Below, one piece after another: positions 62,173 through 64,000 of a stretch of 64,000 nt of DNA. This DNA comes from an uncultured Clostridia bacterium (GTDB lineage Bacteria > Bacillota > Clostridia > Christensenellales > UBA1242): positions 93,834-157,833 of the forward strand of contig CAKVLP010000001.1 in assembly GCA_934757825.1 (NCBI GenBank), in the 5' to 3' direction. Below the pieces are notes generated by a model, which saw nothing but the letters and a program-made list of their open reading frames with translations, searched no databases and was not told where the DNA came from. The number at the start of each line of letters is the position of its first letter. The first letter of the stretch is position 1. The position numbers and the translations under genes are program-made.

Positions 62173-62856
62173 TTATTTTTTAAACTGCACATTTATTTTA
62201 TCTTTTTTATAATCGTACGAGGCAAAAATTACTTGTTTTACGCTCTTTTTATTGAGTTTTGCCTTATTATACAGCCATTTTACGTCCTTTTTAAGTTCGT
62301 TTAGGCTACTATATGAGATGTGCCCATCGACGATTAGGTAATATGGAAGTTGTGCTTTATCGTATTTTTTAGTGAGGTCTTTTATTACCACTGGGCGCTG
62401 GTCGCCATTTGGCATAACGCTAAGTTTTCCGCTAGTTTCAAACACCGCAAATGCGACATCTGTCATATCAAAATATCCTTGCTCTCTGCACATCGACAAC
62501 ACGTCGTTAACGTCGAGTTTGCTTTTTCTAAGCGCCTTATACTGGAGAAGCCCGTTGTAGATAATTACCTCGGGCCTTCCTTTAAAAAAATGTTTCATCG
62601 CCGGACCCTTTCGTCCCAAAAATGACACCATCAAATCAAAAAGAAAGAACACGGTCATTCCAATAAGATAATAGTAAAACGGAGTCTCTCCTACATCGGT
62701 CGCCATTTCTGACGCAATTGAGCCAATGGAAATTCCCATTACATAGTCTATAAATTCCAGTTGGGCGATTTGTTTTTTGCCCATAAACTTGGAAATTACA
62801 AACAAAAACACAACCGCAACTGATGAAAAAATTAGTAATTTTACAATCTCTGACAT
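62173..62856 (-). CDS. DUF421 (YetF-like) membrane protein
   Basis: N-terminal TM helices with GKKQIAQLEFIDYVMGISIGSIA, then a soluble C-terminal domain. Confidence 0.7.
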   Translation of the reverse strand: MSEIVKLLIFSSVAVVFLFVISKFMGKKQIAQLEFIDYVMGISIGSIASEMATDVGETPFYYYLIGMTVFFLFDLMVSFLGRKGPAMKHFFKGRPEVIIYNGLLQYKALRKSKLDVNDVLSMCREQGYFDMTDVAFAVFETSGKLSVMPNGDQRPVVIKDLTKKYDKAQLPYYLIVDGHISYSSLNELKKDVKWLYNKAKLNKKSVKQVIFASYDYKKDKINVQFKK

Positions 62857-62893
62857 AATGTTAAATTATTGACATTATGCATTTTTTAATACG

Positions 62894-64000
62894 CTACTCC
62901 GGGCTATACAACAATTGACTTGAATAATTTGGTTCCATAGTCAAATTAACTCCAAGCGCGTTTAGCGTGCTTTGATCGGAAGAGTTAAGCATTGACGAGG
63001 AGTGTGCTTCACACCCTTTTAGTTTGTCAAGTTTTCCAAGGATTACTGACGCAACAGGATTGGTGGACGTGCTGATTGATAAAAGCATAAGCACATCTTT
63101 TAGTGACAACTGCGCGCGTCTAACTTTTAGTTTGTCACGTTTTAGTTCCAACACAGGTTCCAAAAGTTGTTTTGGGATAAGTTCGATGGAGTCATCAATT
63201 TTTGCTAAATGTTTGACAGCATTAAGCACGCAAGCGCATGCGCTCGTCATAAGCCCCTTTTGCCTTCCAGTAATAATTTTTCCGTTGGGCAATTCAAGCG
63301 CAACAACTGGAGAGTGTGTTTCGCGCTGTTTTTCCTTAGCAACACCCACAACTTTTCGAGACATTGGATCAATGTTAAATTCGCCCATTAGGTATTCTAT
63401 CCTACTAATTGTATCTATCGTGGTTGTGCCCTTTTTGTACTCGCATTGAGCCTTATAATATCTTCGAATAATTTCATCAATACTGGCTTTTCTGACAATA
63501 TCGTCGTCGTTTATGGCAAAACCTACCATATTTACGCCCATATCCGTGGGGGAACGATAAATTCCATCGTCGCCAGTAATGCGCTCCAATATATTTCTAA
63601 CAATGGGGAAAACTTCTAAATCACGGTTGTAATTAACCGCCATTTTGCCATATGCGTTAAGATGAAAGTTGTCTATCATATTCACATCTTTTAGGTCGGC
63701 AGTGGCAGCCTCGTATGCAACATTCACAGGATGTTTTAGGTCGAGATTCCACACTGGGAAGGTCTCAAACTTGGCATAACCCGCTTTTACGCCACGCTTG
63801 TACTCGTGATACAATTGCGACAAACACGTTGCCATCTTTCCGCTTCCCGGTCCCGGAGCAGTTACGATTACAAGAGGTGAAGTGGTTTCAATATACGGAT
63901 TAGCGCCATATCCCTCATCGCTAACAATTGTGTTAATGTCATTAGGATAGCCCTTAGTGAATTTATGGAAATACACCTTTTCGTTGCGACGAATTAGCCT
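62894..64000 (-). CDS. DUF1846 (UPF0371) family protein, N-terminus beyond the right edge
   Basis: VTAPGPGSGKMATCLSQLYHEYKRGVKAGYAKFETFPVWNLDLKHPVNVAYEAATADL. The frame stays open to position 64000. Confidence 0.7.
   Translation of the reverse strand, partial: RLIRRNEKVYFHKFTKGYPNDINTIVSDEGYGANPYIETTSPLVIVTAPGPGSGKMATCLSQLYHEYKRGVKAGYAKFETFPVWNLDLKHPVNVAYEAATADLKDVNMIDNFHLNAYGKMAVNYNRDLEVFPIVRNILERITGDDGIYRSPTDMGVNMVGFAINDDDIVRKASIDEIIRRYYKAQCEYKKGTTTIDTISRIEYLMGEFNIDPMSRKVVGVAKEKQRETHSPVVALELPNGKIITGRQKGLMTSACACVLNAVKHLAKIDDSIELIPKQLLEPVLELKRDKLKVRRAQLSLKDVLMLLSISTSTNPVASVILGKLDKLKGCEAHSSSMLNSSDQSTLNALGVNLTMEPNYSSQLLYSPE

Noticed and set aside
1-64000. Possible alternative genetic code (Mollicutes-like TGA=Trp), considered because of the low GC and the Mollicutes-ICE-like gene order.
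   Set aside because: Long uninterrupted ORFs with conserved protein ends are obtained with the standard code, and I noticed no genes broken at TGA.

Overview
This window looks like the chromosome of a low-GC, endospore-forming Firmicute. Supporting genes are spo0A, spoIIR, sleB-ypeB, spmAB and veg, plus the Bacillus-type synteny holB-ricT(yaaT)-yabB-rsmI ... metG-tatD-ksgA ... veg. It uses the standard genetic code, has Shine-Dalgarno-led genes and many rho-independent terminators. There are four blocks. (1) 1-21.4 kb is a conjugation-type type IV secretion module: a partial PrgI/VirB3-like gene, a 912-aa polytopic VirB6-like protein, a VirD4/TraG coupling ATPase and three tandem pilin-like hairpin membrane proteins. 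It is dominated by one 13.8-kb gene for a ~4,600-aa surface protein anchored at both termini. Its sub-modules are separated by three copies of a composite hairpin+TTGCATAGTAC repeat, and no relaxase or integrase is in view. (2) 21.4-38.5 kb holds core sporulation and housekeeping genes, including a Rho-derived protein that has lost its ATPase motifs. (3) 38.5-45 kb starts with a near-consensus promoter. Two identical 37-nt tRNA-Thr 5' halves and an intact tRNA-Thr(GGU) follow, phased exactly 100 bp apart. Next comes a ~5.6-kb decayed integrative island with imperfect direct repeats, a frameshifted tyrosine-recombinase remnant, an ASCH + NDT-like/Nudix operon, a Bro-N/DinD-like gene and a large lipoprotein. 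(4) 45-64 kb holds mixed accessory and housekeeping genes: TraX-family, His-phosphatase, HD, NT5C-like, GGDEF, an XRE+SLOG cassette, ispH, spo0A, TetR and lipoproteins. It also has a divergent DUF11-repeat / collagen-like (BclA-type) pair that is probably spore-surface. The most unusual candidates are the T4SS + giant-protein locus, the phased tRNA halves and the degenerate Rho paralog. All functional calls come from motif recognition by eye on the supplied translations and DNA; no database search was possible.
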